A DNA stretch of 64,000 bases from an uncultured Clostridia bacterium (GCA_944332815.1 CALVKQ010000002.1:1787-65786), one strand, 5' to 3'. Counted from the stretch's first letter, positions 45,645 through 54,095 are shown. The notes: generated from the letters alone by a model not told the origin. Translations and numbers: made by a program.

Positions 45645-46874
45645 TCAGAAGCTCGAACGGTTTTTCATGAATTCGAGCAAGTTCACATGTTTGATGCCGT
45701 TGCGGTTTTGCAACAGGTAATCTGTGGTGAGGACATATTTAGGATAGTTGTCCGCAATACTTTCAAGCGGCGCATATTCTCTGTCCTCCGTGCTTTTGCT
45801 TTCGCCGATCGTATAGGCGACCTGCACATAGCAATAATCGAGCTTATTATCCCGCAAAATGAAATCGCACTCCAGTTTGCCTATTCTGCCGACGCTCACC
45901 GAATAGTCAAGACTTTTGGCATATATATACACCATGTTCTCCAATGCTGGACCGTAATTGATGCGGTTGTCGGTGTTGGTCGCAAAATAGAAAGAGATGT
46001 CCGCAAGGTAATACTTCTTTTCTCCGCTGAGAGCGCGCTTGGATTTCATATCAAAACGATCGCATTGATAAAGGATCTTGCTTTGGAGCAGTACCTCGAT
46101 ATATCTTGACAACGTCGCGTGTTTTAACTCTATCCCGTTTTTTGCCAAAGCCTCCTGCAAACTCTTGACGCTGACGGTAGCCCCGAAATTGTTGATAATG
46201 AAATTGCGCACATTGTTGAAAGTCTCGACATTGCGCACCTTCACACGCCTTTTGATGTCCTTTTCAAAGATCTCGTCGATGACGGAGCGCACATAAGTGC
46301 GCTTGTCGGCAAAGTCGTCATATTGCATCGCCTTGGGGAAACCGCCTTCCTGCAAGTAATTGTTCAGCTCTATGAGCAAATTGGCATTCACTTCTTTGCC
46401 GAGAAACGCCTTCATGTCGAGGTACTCGTCAAAACTCAACGGGAAAAGCTCGAACTCCACATACCTGCCCGTGAGCTTTGTGGCAAGCTCCCCGCTCAAA
46501 AGATAGGAATTGGAGCCTGTGATGAACACGGAATACTCGCCCGTGCCGCGGTAAGCATTGACGATTTCTTCAAAATCCTTCACGTTTTGGATCTCGTCTA
46601 TGAAAAGGTACTTGGTCCCCTCGGCTTGTCCCAAGGAATCGATAAGGTCCTCCAACCGATCTGCCGACTTGATCTTTCTGTACGCCTTGCCGTCAAGGTC
46701 GAGGAAAATGATGTTCGCAGGATCCACTCCGCCGCGGAGCAACTCATCCTTCACCATCTCCATAAGGCAGGACTTTCCCGAACGCCTGACGCCTGTGATG
46801 ACCTTTATGATCTCGGTGTCATGATAAAACCCGCGCATCTTTTTGAGATACTTTTCGCGAACATACAATTCCAT
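45645..46874 (-). CDS. AAA-family ATPase with DUF4143 (COG1373-type)
   Basis: Walker A GVRRSGKS, Walker B YLFIDEIQ, and a C-terminal ECDFIL PD-(D/E)xK-like segment. GGGAGG RBS. Confidence 0.85.
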   Translation of the reverse strand: MELYVREKYLKKMRGFYHDTEIIKVITGVRRSGKSCLMEMVKDELLRGGVDPANIIFLDLDGKAYRKIKSADRLEDLIDSLGQAEGTKYLFIDEIQNVKDFEEIVNAYRGTGEYSVFITGSNSYLLSGELATKLTGRYVEFELFPLSFDEYLDMKAFLGKEVNANLLIELNNYLQEGGFPKAMQYDDFADKRTYVRSVIDEIFEKDIKRRVKVRNVETFNNVRNFIINNFGATVSVKSLQEALAKNGIELKHATLSRYIEVLLQSKILYQCDRFDMKSKRALSGEKKYYLADISFYFATNTDNRINYGPALENMVYIYAKSLDYSVSVGRIGKLECDFILRDNKLDYCYVQVAYTIGESKSTEDREYAPLESIADNYPKYVLTTDYLLQNRNGIKHVNLLEFMKNRSSF

Positions 46875-47038
46875 ATGCGGACCTCCCTTTCAGAACATTG
46901 ATATGATAGCGCACCCCACCTCAAAAAGTCAAGTTAAAGGGTAATATTTTGCAAAATTCACAAAACATTGCCCTTTAACGGCAAAATTCGCAATATCGTT
47001 TGCGTTTTGCAACAATACCGAAGTAGTCAACTGAAAAG

Positions 47039-47073
47039 AATAATACGAACTCGTTTTCAGAGTTCGTATTATT
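47039..47073. repeat. 13-bp stem hairpin made of two inverted copies of the AATAATACGAAC motif (collapsed TIR pair)
   Basis: aataatacgaact-cgttttcag-agttcgtattatt. This is the same motif as the inner part of the 25-bp TIRs at 47347-47371 and 47603-47627. Confidence 0.7.
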
Positions 47074-47078
47074 CCCTA

Positions 47079-47349
47079 ATGGCGGAGGGATGTTCGCCCG
47101 AGCAAAACGACACGTCGCAAACTACCTCAACAATGCGTGAACGCTTTGTGTCATGTAATGGCGAAAGCGGAGGGATTCGTAAGGAGCGCAAAGCGCGACG
47201 GAACAGCGAGGATGTGAGGGGAAACGGGGCGATGTTCGGAATTTTCGCCGGCGTGCCGTAAAATCAACGGGAGATGTGCGAGGAAATAACGTTATCCCCC
47301 GAACAACTCGCGTCAGCCTCGGGTAAGAATCCCTCCGACTCATGCTATG
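47079..47349. repeat. ~270-bp repeat unit, copy 1
   Basis: Colinear with 47626-47894, with about a dozen mismatches by eye. Contains two tRNA-Ser-3'-end-like segments (47081-47100 and 47160-47179). An 11-bp long-range complement pairs cggagggattc (47168-47178) with gaatccctccg (47328-47338). Confidence 0.85.
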
Positions 47350-47627
47350 CCAGACAGGAATAATACGAACCAGGTTCCACGCCGCCGATTTCCGCCTGAA
47401 CCGCGTCAGTCGCCTTGCTAATACGGGCTGGTATTAGCTGCGCCGACTTCCTTGCTCAGCCAAAAATCGGCTGGCGCGGAACTGCTCGCACCTCAGAGCA
47501 AGAGATTTTCGGATGATGTTGCGCTGGCGAAACGCCGCCAATAGTATACATATTGGCAAGTTCCGACTGTGCAAAAGCGCCGAAAAGAATTGCTCCGAGG
47601 CTGGTTCGTATTATTCCTGTCTGGCAT
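47347..47627. repeat. 281-bp element bounded by perfect 25-bp terminal inverted repeats (MITE-like or structured RNA)
   Basis: ATGCCAGACAGGAATAATACGAACC at 47347-47371 and its exact reverse complement at 47603-47627. There is an internal imperfect palindrome centred near 47425. A partial copy lies at 23756-23951. Confidence 0.8.
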
Positions 47628-47894
47628 GGCGAAGGGATGTTCGCACGAGCAAAACGACACGTCGCAAACTACCTCAACAATGCGTGAACGCTTTGTGTCA
47701 TGTAACGGCGAAAGCGGTGGGATTCGTAAGGAGCGCAAAGCGCGACGGAACAGCGAGGATGTGAGGGGAAGCGGGGCGATGTTCGGGATTTTCGTCGGCG
47801 TGCCGTGAAATCAACGGGAGATGTGCGAGGAATTATATTGCCCCCGAACAACTCGCGTCAGCCTCGGGTAAGAATCCCTCCGACTCATGCTATG
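47626..47894. repeat. ~270-bp repeat unit, copy 2 (abuts the tRNA-Ser terminator)
   Basis: See copy 1. tRNA-end-like segments at 47628-47647 and 47707-47726. Confidence 0.85.
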
Positions 47895-47895
47895 G

Positions 47896-47923
47896 AAAAT
47901 CCCACTCTAAAGAGTGGGATTTT
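47896..47923 (-). terminator. rho-independent terminator of tRNA-Ser
   Basis: aaaatcccactc-taaa-gagtgggatttt, immediately 3' of the tRNA on the minus strand. Confidence 0.7.
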
Positions 47924-47925
47924 GC

Positions 47926-48014
47926 TGGCGGAGGCGGAGGGATTCGAACCCCCGTGGGCTTTCACCCAAACGGTTTTCAAGACCGCCTCGTTATGACCGC
48001 TTCGATACGCCTCC
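47926..48014 (-). tRNA. tRNA-Ser (anticodon UGA)
   Basis: The reverse complement is GGAGGCG...GCGGT-CTTGAAA-ACCGT, then a long variable arm TTGGGTGAAAGCCCAC, a T-arm GGGGG-TTCGAAT-CCCTC, the acceptor strand CGCCTCC, then G-CCA. 7-bp acceptor stem, encoded CCA. Confidence 0.9.
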
Positions 48015-48104
48015 GTATGCGGCAATTATAGTAGACAGACGAGATGTTTGTCAATCTCGCCGAGCGCCGTGCCGCAAAAATGTTCGACGTCGGCGCGTTA
48101 TTTT

Positions 48105-49940
48105 TCATTTTCTTTTGCGCACCAATGCCACGACCACGGCGGCGCATATCACAAACGCCACAACGCCGCCGCAGACGGCACATATGAGGATAAGTTTATC
48201 CGTTCCGCCGCCCGGGTCCTCTCCGTCCGAACGGAAGACACCTTCCGCTTTTACGACGACGTCCTCCCCTATCCGCTCGCCGTTCACAGTGACGTACAGC
48301 ACGTATTCGCCGTCGCTCTCCGGCGCAAACGCGAACTCGAACTCCCTCGAACTTTCCCTACCGTTCACATACCACACCACTTCGGTGTCGGGAGAGGCGT
48401 AAGCGAGCGTATCTATCCCCAGCACCAGCCTCTTATCGCCCGTGATGAGGAAAGTCCCGTCCTCCGACCGGCGGAGGGAATAGGTAAGTTTGGAGTTCTC
48501 CTGCGTGGGCACGAGGTATTCCGTGGCTATCCTCACTTCCCTCATGGCGATGGGGCTGCCGCTCAGGGTCTTGACGACGAGGGTGATAATGATATCTTCC
48601 TTTTCGGACACATTTATCCCGACGGTGACAGTTTCGCCTCTCGCCGTCTGATCCGTGCCGCCCGAAACGTAATGCCACTCGAACACCGCGCCCGTGAAGA
48701 GATAACCCGTCTGCGCGCTCAAAGTGACCGTTCTGCCCTCCCCCAGCGTCAGAACGTCGGGGGTGCATACCGCCTGCGCGTCGCACGCCGCGGACAGATA
48801 GATGTTGCCCTGCTCGTCACGCAGCAGGTCGCTGCCCAATATCCCGGTGAGGCTGAGCAGCGGATAGTCGGCGTATCTGTACTCCGTCTGCTCCTTAAAG
48901 GTCAGTTCAAACGCCTCGCGCGTTTCAACGGGGGTGAGTTCCTCCCCCTCGACGCGGCTTTTTAATTGCATGAGCGCAACGGCGAAAGCGACTATGGGGG
49001 AAGCCATGCTGGTGCCGCTCATCAGTTTGTATTCGCTGTTATTGTTGCCGTCCGCGGAAAGGATGCCCGTGCCGGGAGCGCACACGTCGTAAAGAGAGCC
49101 GTAATTGGATTTGGAGTGGATGAGGGCGCCCTCCTCTCTCTCTTCGTAATTCATGACGCCTATGACATGCGCGTTTGCCGCAGGATAGAACGCGTCGTAG
49201 TCTGAGTCGTGCCCGTTGTTCCCTGCCGCCGCCACGAACACGGCTTGTTCGGCATCCTCCTCCGTCACGGACTTTTCCCAGCCAGACACCTTCTCGGACG
49301 CACCCAGGGAAAGGTTGACGACGTCGGCGCCGTTTTCAAGCGCGAAATCCACCCCCTCGGTCACGTCGAAGAATTCAAAGTAATTCCCGGCGCCGCTACC
49401 GGTGGTCTTATATCTGCCTGCCTTGATGGGCATTATCTTGATATAGTCGGACAGCCCGAACGCGCGGATGAGCAGCGCGACTATCCCACCGACATGAGTG
49501 CCGTGACGGTCTACCGTCGCGCCGTCCGAAACGTCCTCATTCCCGTTTATGGTGTTGCGCGCCACGACGTTGCCGACGGCGTCGCGGAAAAGCACGTCTT
49601 CATCCGTGCCGTAACCGAATATCTCGTGCGTATAGGTCATCCCCGTGTCTATAACGGCTATGACCACGGGGTCGTCTTCCAGCGCGTCAAAAGAGTACAC
49701 AGCTTTCAGGTCGTTCACCATGGCTCGGGCAGTCTTTATATCCAGATACTCCTCCGAAAAATACCAATCCCCGTCCACTCCGACATTGTCGGTGTAGCCG
49801 TCCGGCAAGGAGGACGCGACAGCGAAAGCGCGTCCGTCCGAAACACAGAAAAACGCGGAAAACATGGCAAGCAACAGCACAGCCGCGCACACCGTCACGG
49901 CGACAGCCCCCGATAAACGTCTTCCGCGAGGCATTCTCAT
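48105..49940 (-). CDS. S8-family (subtilisin-like) serine peptidase, secreted with C-terminal membrane anchor
   Basis: Catalytic triad contexts VIAVIDTG, HGTHVGG and SGTSMASP. N-terminal signal/TM segment and a C-terminal hydrophobic helix followed by KRK. Confidence 0.9.
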   Translation of the reverse strand: MRMPRGRRLSGAVAVTVCAAVLLLAMFSAFFCVSDGRAFAVASSLPDGYTDNVGVDGDWYFSEEYLDIKTARAMVNDLKAVYSFDALEDDPVVIAVIDTGMTYTHEIFGYGTDEDVLFRDAVGNVVARNTINGNEDVSDGATVDRHGTHVGGIVALLIRAFGLSDYIKIMPIKAGRYKTTGSGAGNYFEFFDVTEGVDFALENGADVVNLSLGASEKVSGWEKSVTEEDAEQAVFVAAAGNNGHDSDYDAFYPAANAHVIGVMNYEEREEGALIHSKSNYGSLYDVCAPGTGILSADGNNNSEYKLMSGTSMASPIVAFAVALMQLKSRVEGEELTPVETREAFELTFKEQTEYRYADYPLLSLTGILGSDLLRDEQGNIYLSAACDAQAVCTPDVLTLGEGRTVTLSAQTGYLFTGAVFEWHYVSGGTDQTARGETVTVGINVSEKEDIIITLVVKTLSGSPIAMREVRIATEYLVPTQENSKLTYSLRRSEDGTFLITGDKRLVLGIDTLAYASPDTEVVWYVNGRESSREFEFAFAPESDGEYVLYVTVNGERIGEDVVVKAEGVFRSDGEDPGGGTDKLILICAVCGGVVAFVICAAVVVALVRKRK

Positions 49941-49941
49941 A

Positions 49942-50805
49942 TCATATCCACTTCACGGAACCGTCGGGCAGGATAGTGCCCCAACGGCCGTCTTTTTTGA
50001 CCTTCGCTTCACCGCCCTCGAAAGGAGTGGCGGCGTCATATATGAAGGGGATCACGACTTCGTTGTTCTTGTCGATGTAGCCGCATTTGCCCCCTTTGAC
50101 GACGCTCGCATACCCTTCCGAAAAACTCATCGCGGTTTCGTATTCAAAGGGTATTACCACGTTATTTTCTGCGTCGATATAGCCGCACTTTTCCTCCTGC
50201 TCCACCGCGGCGAGCCCGTCCTTGAAAAAGAACACTTCGTCGTACATCGCAGGGATAACGGTCTTAAAACCGTCGTAAAAACCCCATCTTCCGTTCTTTT
50301 GTATCTTTCTCCACTCCGGAACGGGAAGAGGTTCAGTGAGCTTTTTGGGCTTTTCTTCGCGCTCACGGACAGGCTTCTTTTCCTGCTGACGGTTCTTCTC
50401 TCTGCGCGGCTCGGTCTGCTTGCGTTCGCCGCCGCTTTCGGGGCGCTGCTCGGGCGCTTTCTCTTCGGTGTAAAAGCGCATCTTTTCCGCTTCCAGACCG
50501 CGCTTTAACGCAAGGAGCATCTTCTTGTTGAAGCCCTGCACCTTGAACATATCCCTTTCGGTGCGGCAGACAAGGTCCCCTGCCGTGTTTATGCCGTTGA
50601 GGGCGAGCAGCCCGACCAGATCCTCCGACACGCCCAATGCCGCGACGGGCAGAGAGAGTTTCTCCTGCGCATATTCGCGGCTCACCTTCTCCATGACCTC
50701 GGAGCGACGGGATGCGTTTTGTCTGCCTCCCCCCTGCTTCTTGCCGCCGTGACGGGGCGCGCCTTCGTTTTTCTTTTCGTTGTAATGGAATTTTCTGTTA
50801 GCCAT
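49942..50805 (-). CDS. WG-repeat (KWG-type) protein with N-terminal RpoA alpha-CTD-like helix-hairpin-helix domain
   Basis: NGINTAGDLVCRTERDMFKVQGFNKKMLLALKRGL resembles the RNAP alpha-CTD HhH. It is followed by a ~60-aa E/K/R-rich linker. C-terminal repeats G(R/K)(W/C)G(F/Y)ID...VIP..YD occur 4 times. Confidence 0.7.
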   Translation of the reverse strand: MANRKFHYNEKKNEGAPRHGGKKQGGGRQNASRRSEVMEKVSREYAQEKLSLPVAALGVSEDLVGLLALNGINTAGDLVCRTERDMFKVQGFNKKMLLALKRGLEAEKMRFYTEEKAPEQRPESGGERKQTEPRREKNRQQEKKPVREREEKPKKLTEPLPVPEWRKIQKNGRWGFYDGFKTVIPAMYDEVFFFKDGLAAVEQEEKCGYIDAENNVVIPFEYETAMSFSEGYASVVKGGKCGYIDKNNEVVIPFIYDAATPFEGGEAKVKKDGRWGTILPDGSVKWI

Positions 50806-50901
50806 CTTTTTACCTTTTAATTACTTTACCACAACTTACTTTATATTTCAACAAATCTCCATAGTCTTGACGGAACTTTTCCTTTTGGCTATAATTGTGG
50901 C

Positions 50902-53373
50902 ATGAGAACAGTGTCGAAAAATGCCGTTATATTTCCTTTGGCTATGCTGCTCATTGCCGCCGTGCTGCTCTCTTTCGTTTTCCTCTCCCCGGACAGCGCC
51001 GCCGCCCAAACCACTGACTACGAGATAGTTTATCCCGAAGAAGGCTATTTCCCCATCGAACGGGCGGAACTCGTGGCGGCAAACGCAGGCAGGCTCGCGG
51101 TGTACGACGCCGCCGCGCACGCCGTACTTGTGCTGAGCGAGGACGACGCCGCCGCAAGGATGGAGGCTCCCCTTTCCGAACAGGTCACGGGGCTTTGGCT
51201 CACCTCCTCCGCCCTGCTTCTGCGCACGACGGCGCAGGATGCCGTAAAATATTATTTCGCGGATCTTTCCGCCTCATCCGCCCTTCTTACGCCGACCACG
51301 CTCGACACGCCCGAAGCGATCGAGTATATCGTCGCAGACTCGGACTTCTTCTACGCAAAATCCAACGACGCCGTTGCGCTCTACGCTCTGTCGTCCGGCG
51401 CGCTCACGATGAGTAAGCTCATCGACGATCAGTACGTCAAAGGAAGATACATCTTTGCCGCGGACGAGGGCGTCCTTTACTTCTATGCCGTGAACTACTC
51501 GGAGCGTGAATACATCTGCTTCGACACCACGAGCGAAACCGCGGAAGCCATCATCCCCGACGTCGGGTTCCTCCCCACGGCGGTCGCATATTGCGGCAGC
51601 GCGGCGGCAGGCGGCATCCTCGCGGACGGTTTGGGCGCGACCCTGAAAGTGGTCAGTTCCGCGAACGGCAGCACCGTCCTCTTCGACACGGGCATAGCCT
51701 ACGACGAAAACACCGTGTTCGCCGCGGACGGGAACACCGTTTACGTCGTGAACGGCTCGGGAGTGGATGTCTACGGGCTGGACTTTTCCGCTAAAAATGC
51801 CACCCTCATCCGCACGCTCAGCATGAAAGGCGTGCAAGAAGGGCTGTTCGCCGCCCCCACCGACGTCGCGTTCTCGCCGGCAGGCACCGTGGTGGCAGAC
51901 CCGGGCAATTCGCGCCTGGCGGTATATTCCGACGGCGTGATCCGTTACGTTTCGCTGTCGTCCGAGGCGCAGGACGGGACTCTCCCCGTACACTCCCTTG
52001 CGGTCAGCAAAAACGGGATAGTGTTTGCCGCCTCCGACAATATGGTCTACGCCCTTGCGGCTGGCGGCTCGGCGCTTTCCTTGGAGCGCTATTGCGGCGT
52101 GCCGTCCGGCGAACGCATAACCGACATCGCGCACACCGGGACGTCCCTGGTCATCCTCACCGACAAAGCGGTGTACGTCTGCCATCCTTACACCGGCAGC
52201 CCCACCCGTGCGGCAGACGCTTCGGACGGAGTCGCCGTTGCCGCAGCGCAGAACGACGTAGTGTATCTCATGTCCGAAACAGGTGTGAGCACCTTCTCCG
52301 TTTCGGGCACCGCTCTTACGGAACTTGTTCCCTTCCGCACCTGCGATCTCGCGGGAGCGAGCGACATCGCCGTGGACTTTGCAGGCAACGTGTACGTCGC
52401 CTTCACCGAAGAGGGGAAGATAATTTCCTACAAAAACGCTTACGAAGGTTTGCAGGAACAGGCTTCCTTCGAACTTACGCATCCCCTTTATTCCGCTCAT
52501 CCCGTTTCCGTAACGCTGAACGGCAGCGAGGCGTACTTTGCATCTTCCGACTGCTTTGTCGGCAAAGCGGATGTCGGAGCGATAGACGAAGAGAACTATC
52601 ACCCCCTGCCCCATCCCGATACGGACGCTGCGGAAGGATACTCTTTCGCTGCGGTCACGCAGGACTCCTTCCTCTTTGACGAGCCCGACCGCTTCGACAC
52701 CATGTCCGCCATCGCAAAGGGCACCGTCGTCCTCTGCTATGACGGCATATCAGCTTGGGAAGGACACACGTATGTCTACTCGGACGGCAAAGCCGGTTAT
52801 GTGGAAAACTCCGTGCTCCAAAGCAGATCGCCCGACGAAGTGAACAGCCGCTACACCCTGGCGGCAGGTTCCGTGCTGCTCGCGCATCCACTCTCCGACA
52901 GGTCGGTGACCGTAACGGACAGCACCGTGCTCACCGTCACGGACAACGCCGCAGGGTTGGACGGCGGCGCTTGGCTGCGCGTGAGTTACGAGGGAGATAT
53001 CTACTTCGCCCCTGCCTCCGCGCTCTCCCCGTACGTCGAACCCGTCCCTGAGGTCAAACGCGTTTTCGGGCGCGCCTCCGCAGACCGCCCCGGCGGACTC
53101 ATCAACGTCTACACCCTGCCCAACACCGCATCGGCGGTCGTCACGCAGGCGGCGGACGGCACCAGAATGGAGATCGTCGGCGAATCCGGGGACTTTTGGC
53201 TGGTCGCCTTTGACGGGAAAACAGGTTATGCCCTGAAAGCCGAGGTGGAGATGGAGGGGCTGACCACCGTGCAAATCGTGTCCATCGTGCTTTGTTGCGC
53301 CGTCGCCGTCACCGGGCTCGTCGTCTTTGTCGTCGTATGGCAGGCTCGCAAAAAAGAAAAAGAAAAAGAATAG
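50902..53373 (+). CDS. large secreted NHL/beta-propeller-repeat protein with SH3b-like domains and C-terminal membrane anchor
   Basis: Signal peptide, NHL-like PTDVAFSPAGTVVADPGNSRLAVY, SH3b-like GKAGYVENSVL and GKTGYALKAEVE, and a terminal TM helix plus KKEKEKE. Confidence 0.65.
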   Translation: MRTVSKNAVIFPLAMLLIAAVLLSFVFLSPDSAAAQTTDYEIVYPEEGYFPIERAELVAANAGRLAVYDAAAHAVLVLSEDDAAARMEAPLSEQVTGLWLTSSALLLRTTAQDAVKYYFADLSASSALLTPTTLDTPEAIEYIVADSDFFYAKSNDAVALYALSSGALTMSKLIDDQYVKGRYIFAADEGVLYFYAVNYSEREYICFDTTSETAEAIIPDVGFLPTAVAYCGSAAAGGILADGLGATLKVVSSANGSTVLFDTGIAYDENTVFAADGNTVYVVNGSGVDVYGLDFSAKNATLIRTLSMKGVQEGLFAAPTDVAFSPAGTVVADPGNSRLAVYSDGVIRYVSLSSEAQDGTLPVHSLAVSKNGIVFAASDNMVYALAAGGSALSLERYCGVPSGERITDIAHTGTSLVILTDKAVYVCHPYTGSPTRAADASDGVAVAAAQNDVVYLMSETGVSTFSVSGTALTELVPFRTCDLAGASDIAVDFAGNVYVAFTEEGKIISYKNAYEGLQEQASFELTHPLYSAHPVSVTLNGSEAYFASSDCFVGKADVGAIDEENYHPLPHPDTDAAEGYSFAAVTQDSFLFDEPDRFDTMSAIAKGTVVLCYDGISAWEGHTYVYSDGKAGYVENSVLQSRSPDEVNSRYTLAAGSVLLAHPLSDRSVTVTDSTVLTVTDNAAGLDGGAWLRVSYEGDIYFAPASALSPYVEPVPEVKRVFGRASADRPGGLINVYTLPNTASAVVTQAADGTRMEIVGESGDFWLVAFDGKTGYALKAEVEMEGLTTVQIVSIVLCCAVAVTGLVVFVVVWQARKKEKEKE

Positions 53374-53382
53374 CGCAATTTG

Positions 53383-53411
53383 TTGCATAATTTCGCCGAC
53401 TGTTATATAAT
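53383..53411 (+). promoter_or_regulatory. sigma-A promoter of tRNA-Pro
   Basis: TTGCAT (53383-53388), a 17-nt spacer, then TATAAT (53406-53411). The 7-bp inverted repeat gccgact/agtcggc brackets the -10 element. Confidence 0.65.
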
Positions 53412-53433
53412 GAGTCGGCAATCAAGAAAATAC

Positions 53434-53510
53434 CTGGGTGTGGCGCAGCTTGGTAGCGCGCTTGAATGGGGTTCAAGAGGCCGGAAGTTCAAATCTTCTC
53501 ACCCAGACCA
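53434..53510 (+). tRNA. tRNA-Pro (anticodon GGG)
   Basis: Acceptor CTGGGTG/CACCCAG (C1:G72, typical of bacterial tRNA-Pro). Anticodon arm CTTGA-ATGGGGT-TCAAG. T-arm GGAAG-TTCAAAT-CTTCT. Encoded CCA. Confidence 0.9.
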
Positions 53511-53514
53511 CGCA

Positions 53515-53540
53515 AGAGCACAGCGGAAACGCTGTGCTCT
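53515..53540 (+). terminator. hairpin terminator after tRNA-Pro
   Basis: agagcacagcg-gaaa-cgctgtgctct (11-bp stem). Confidence 0.6.
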
Positions 53541-53541
53541 A

Positions 53542-53622
53542 CGCTTTGTCGGGGGTGAGAAGAGGATGCCCATACGTTACGCTCCCGTGCTCGCGCCCCT
53601 ACCTATCACCTGTCCGCTCCGC
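53542..53622 (+). repeat. 81-bp direct repeat, copy 1
   Basis: cgctttgtcgggggtgagaagaggatgcccatacgttacgctcccgtgctcgcgcccctacctatcacctgtccgctccgc. It differs at 2 positions from 53896-53976. Confidence 0.85.
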
Positions 53623-53721
53623 ACGTTATCTCCTCCGCGTAGCTTCGTGGCATGTCACTCCTCTCGCCTCACGCCTTATCCCGTTACTCGCACTCTCGCT
53701 ATTCCGTCGCTTCGCTCCTTA

Positions 53722-53742
53722 CAAATCTTCTCACCCAGACCA
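53722..53742 (+). repeat. 21-bp exact duplicate of the tRNA-Pro 3' end (att-like direct repeat)
   Basis: caaatcttctcacccagacca at 53722-53742 is identical to 53490-53510. It is followed by a 14-bp-stem hairpin (53742-53776). Confidence 0.85.
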
Positions 53743-53895
53743 AAGCGTCGCGGACTTAACTCGTCCGCGACGCTTTCATAAAGAAAGCATCGCTTACTCG
53801 TTCCGTCGCTCCGCTTCAAAACTATCGCGGCGTGCGCTCATTTTTGCTCGCGGTAATATGGGACATTCTAAAATCACCGACATTGCTACGTTCCT

Positions 53896-53976
53896 CGCTT
53901 TGTCGGGGGTGAGAAGAGGATGTCCACACGTTACGCTCCCGTGCTCGCGCCCCTACCTATCACCTGTCCGCTCCGC
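53896..53976 (+). repeat. 81-bp direct repeat, copy 2
   Basis: See 53542-53622. A third, partial and degenerate copy of its 5' flank plus start lies at ~53991-54030. Confidence 0.85.
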
Positions 53977-54095
53977 GATTTTGGAACATCGGATCACTGA
54001 CATCGCCATGTTATACGCTTTGTAGGGTGATGGCAGACAATAAAAAACGTCGGAGGATTTCCGACGTTCGATGCTCAGATGAAGTCTTTCGCGGT

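Noticed and set aside
46968-47851. Several 60-97-aa ORFs with near-identical peptide segments, which looked at first like a duplicated small-protein gene.
   Set aside because: - The duplication is the ~270-bp DNA repeat read in an open frame.
- ORFs occur on both strands and lack an RBS.
- The same DNA carries tRNA-like segments and TIRs, so a non-coding interpretation is favoured.
53380-54025. 133- and 195-aa plus-strand ORFs downstream of the NHL-repeat gene.
   Set aside because: They read straight through tRNA-Pro, its terminator and the 81-bp and 21-bp repeats. The translations are Ser/Arg/Pro/Leu-rich and repeat because the DNA repeats.
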